In this document: piece after piece, positions 62,811-64,000 of the stretch | Layout of the letters: each line of letters begins with the position of its first letter | Numbering within the stretch: the stretch's first letter is position 1 | Origin: Deinococcota bacterium | GTDB taxonomy: Bacteria > Deinococcota > Deinococci > Deinococcales > Thermaceae | Direction of reading: 5' to 3' | Assembly (NCBI GenBank): GCA_041695225.1 | Contig: JBGFRI010000005.1 | Location: 42,936-106,935 of the forward strand | Length of the DNA stretch: 64,000 nt | Program-made: the position numbers and the translations under genes | The notes under the pieces: generated by a model | The model's input: only the letters and a program-made list of their open reading frames with translations | Told to the model about the DNA's origin: nothing | The model's database searches: none

Positions 62811-63533
62811 CTACCGTCTGGCATACCAGAGCAGTTCGTGCTGAATGGGTCCCTGGTAGCCGACCAGGTGAAAGGTCTCGCTGGCCAGCCGGCTGCCAAA
62901 ACGATTCATAAAGTTGAGCACCGAAAGCGCTTGGGAACGGTGCTGGGCCATGGCACGCAGTTTTTGCAGCAACACCTCCATCGGTAGATGCCGCACATGG
63001 TTGGGCGGCAGCCATCCTTCGGCATACTCTGGCTCGGGTTTGGGCGCTGCATAGTAGAACAGTTTGATCCTCTGCCCCGACTTTTCGACCGCTCTGGTCA
63101 CAAACTGATGGGTGGCTACATGGTCGGGATGGCGGTTGGAGCCGTTGGGCGCAAAGGTGATGATGGCTCTGGGACGCAAGACCTCGAGGCGCCACAGCAG
63201 TAGATCGACAATTTCAGGATGGTCGGCCACTCCATGGGGGGTAGCAAAACCGTCGCCCCGGCCCTCTGTCTCCACCGGGCCGTTGGGTAGTCCGTTAGGA
63301 AACGAGTGCAGTTCAAAGTGGCCCACCTTAAGGATCTCTACCGCACGCCTTAACTCCTGTGCGCGAAATTCGCCCAGCTCCTCGGGCGCACATAGCCCCA
63401 GGGTTCGCCCCGCCTCACCCTTGGTAAGGGTAATCAGACCGGTCTCCAGGCCCCAGTCGGCATACTGAACCAGCGTCCCGCCCGCACCAAACACCTCATC
63501 ATCGGGATGGGGAACCACCACCAGCAAGTCCAT
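62811..63533 (-). CDS. PIG-L family deacetylase (BshB/MshB-like)
   Basis: PHPDDE, TKGEAG, RAQEL, HPDH and HRSQ. Confidence 0.92.
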   Translation of the reverse strand: MDLLVVVPHPDDEVFGAGGTLVQYADWGLETGLITLTKGEAGRTLGLCAPEELGEFRAQELRRAVEILKVGHFELHSFPNGLPNGPVETEGRGDGFATPHGVADHPEIVDLLLWRLEVLRPRAIITFAPNGSNRHPDHVATHQFVTRAVEKSGQRIKLFYYAAPKPEPEYAEGWLPPNHVRHLPMEVLLQKLRAMAQHRSQALSVLNFMNRFGSRLASETFHLVGYQGPIQHELLWYARR

Positions 63534-63781
63534 GCTGTTAATACTAACCAGAGCTTGTCCCGCCAATACTCCCCTGAACACTTGGAATCATGCGCCAGAA
63601 TTCGTTTGACTCCTCCCTCCCTGTCGGGCAGTGAAGGGTAGGGGTCGAGGCTACCGCCTCGAGTCTTCTCGTTCCCAAATAGAGGATTGTTCGCCTTCAA
63701 CTCACACCCCTCCCGGCTACTACCGTCAACGGGAGGGGCCACTCAACCAACATTTTTTCACTTATCAGTAGTTCCCTCCTA

Positions 63782-63810
63782 TTGACAGAGCTGTACCCAT
63801 TTGATACTCT
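63782..63810 (+). promoter_or_regulatory. rRNA promoter
   Basis: TTGACA, 17 bp spacer, TACTCT with an extended TG. Confidence 0.75.
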
Positions 63811-63942
63811 TTTCTTTGCGTCGCCAAACGGCGAGGCGAGAATCTTGACAGCGCAGGTTAGGAAATAAATACGACCACAACGTGGTTTTTACCACGTCAT
63901 AACTTATGAGCAATCAGCTTTAGACTCCTGCTCGCAAGAGCA

Positions 63943-64000
<58 letters not shown>

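Overview
Chromosomal window from a Deinococcus-Thermus bacterium, most likely Meiothermus (judged from the 16S 5' end, the protein sequences and frequent CTCGAG). Housekeeping genes include dnaK-grpE-dnaJ with a HAIR-like operator, pyrD, moaA, apgM, trmH, hisG, ppa, gyrB, an attenuated trp operon and the start of a 16S rRNA gene. The accessory content has four main parts. (1) An integrase-less integron-type cassette array at about 10.6-12.9 kb, with attC sites, two toxin-antitoxin cassettes, a nitrilase cassette and a duplicated ~128-bp attI-like segment. (2) A ~19-kb phosphonate (C-P lyase) region at 30.8-49.8 kb whose PhnJ keeps the Gly32/His108 motifs but has lost three of the four C-terminal radical-SAM/catalytic cysteines. 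It also has two phnCDE sets, two phnM, an ATPase-less Dpp/Opp transporter, and a promoter motif (TGAC-N7-TGACA-N9-[-10]) shared with an alkaline phosphatase gene. (3) A trp operon interrupted by a TrpRS-II-like gene, MNT-HEPN and VapBC modules and four GT2 genes. (4) Several small repeat families, including an exact 40-bp element that disrupts vapC and recurs 25.6 kb away. All calls come from reading the sequence by eye; no database searches were run.
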